Source of the DNA: Takakia lepidozioides
Lineage: Eukaryota; Plantae; Bryophyta
DNA length: 64,000 nucleotides
Assembly: GCA_030704615.1 (NCBI GenBank)
Contig: CM060734.1
Location: 14,818,001-14,882,000 of the forward strand
Reading direction: 5' to 3'
The notes beneath the pieces are model-generated. The model made no database searches. It was given only the letters and a program-made list of their open reading frames with translations, and had not been told where the DNA came from. The position numbers and the translations under genes are program-made. Each line of letters starts with the position of its first letter. The first letter of the stretch is position 1. This document shows, piece by piece, positions 63,668 through 64,000 of this stretch.

Positions 63668-63952
63668 GTGTAAACTCGAGTCGGGGTTACATGGGGTTAC
63701 ACGACGAAGTGTGTAACTCCACTTGGGGTTACATTGGGTTACACGATGAGGTGTGTAACTCCACTCGGGGTTACACAAAATGGAATGTAACTCCTCTCGG
63801 TGTAACTCATACTTGGTCTCGAAATTTGACTAAGTCCAAATTTGGTGAAGTATAAAATGGACTAACCAGAGTTACATGAGAAACCAGGGTTACAGAGGGT
63901 TACACCAATTGAAGGGTTACACTACCGAGGTTACGCCGACCAGGGTTACACT
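63668..63952. repeat. Cluster of GGGTTACA(C)/GTGTAACTC motifs in both orientations (likely transposon subterminal repeats)
   Basis: More than 12 copies of (G/A)GTTACA or TGTAAC(T/C) in 290 bp, including a ~39-bp tandem unit at about 63670-63780. Confidence 0.75.
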
Positions 63953-64000
63953 ATAAGCGCCTCCCATCAAGAATTGAACCCTGATCCTTGCCTCCTGCAC

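Noticed and set aside
63668-63952. Telomeric repeat array
   Set aside because: The motif is GGGTTACA, dispersed and in both orientations, not tandem TTTAGGG.

Overview
Eukaryotic nuclear DNA, most likely from a non-seed land plant (inferred from spliceosomal introns, plant-type PSF2 and LEA_2 genes, and a tRNA-iMet-primed chromovirus). Positions 1 to about 53 kb are a nested transposon graveyard. It holds two copies of one Ty3/Gypsy chromovirus (one complete, with ~99% identical LTRs and a CATAC TSD), a Copia RT remnant, several L1-like LINEs, a Sola2-like transposase, a GCM-MULE-SWIM transposase with a TIR-bounded derivative, and a Dualen/RandI-like LINE 3' half (RNase H, CCHC, restriction-like endonuclease) split by the chromovirus. 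Two decayed, intron-containing ParB/Srx-like genes occur, each followed at a distance by a coiled-coil/RING gene. The right end has an intact 8-exon PSF2 (GINS2) gene head-to-head with a damaged tandem LEA_2 gene, plus a tRNA-derived SINE. The most notable observations are: (1) seven copies of a 22-bp palindrome (consensus ATGCTTGCGTTAACGCAAGCAT, with compensatory changes) in non-coding parts of a ParB-like gene, reminiscent of parB/parS; (2) the Dualen-like element with a possible methyltransferase-like remnant; (3) a highly structured RNA with complementary loops in the chromovirus 3' UTR. All family assignments were made by eye from motifs, without database searches.
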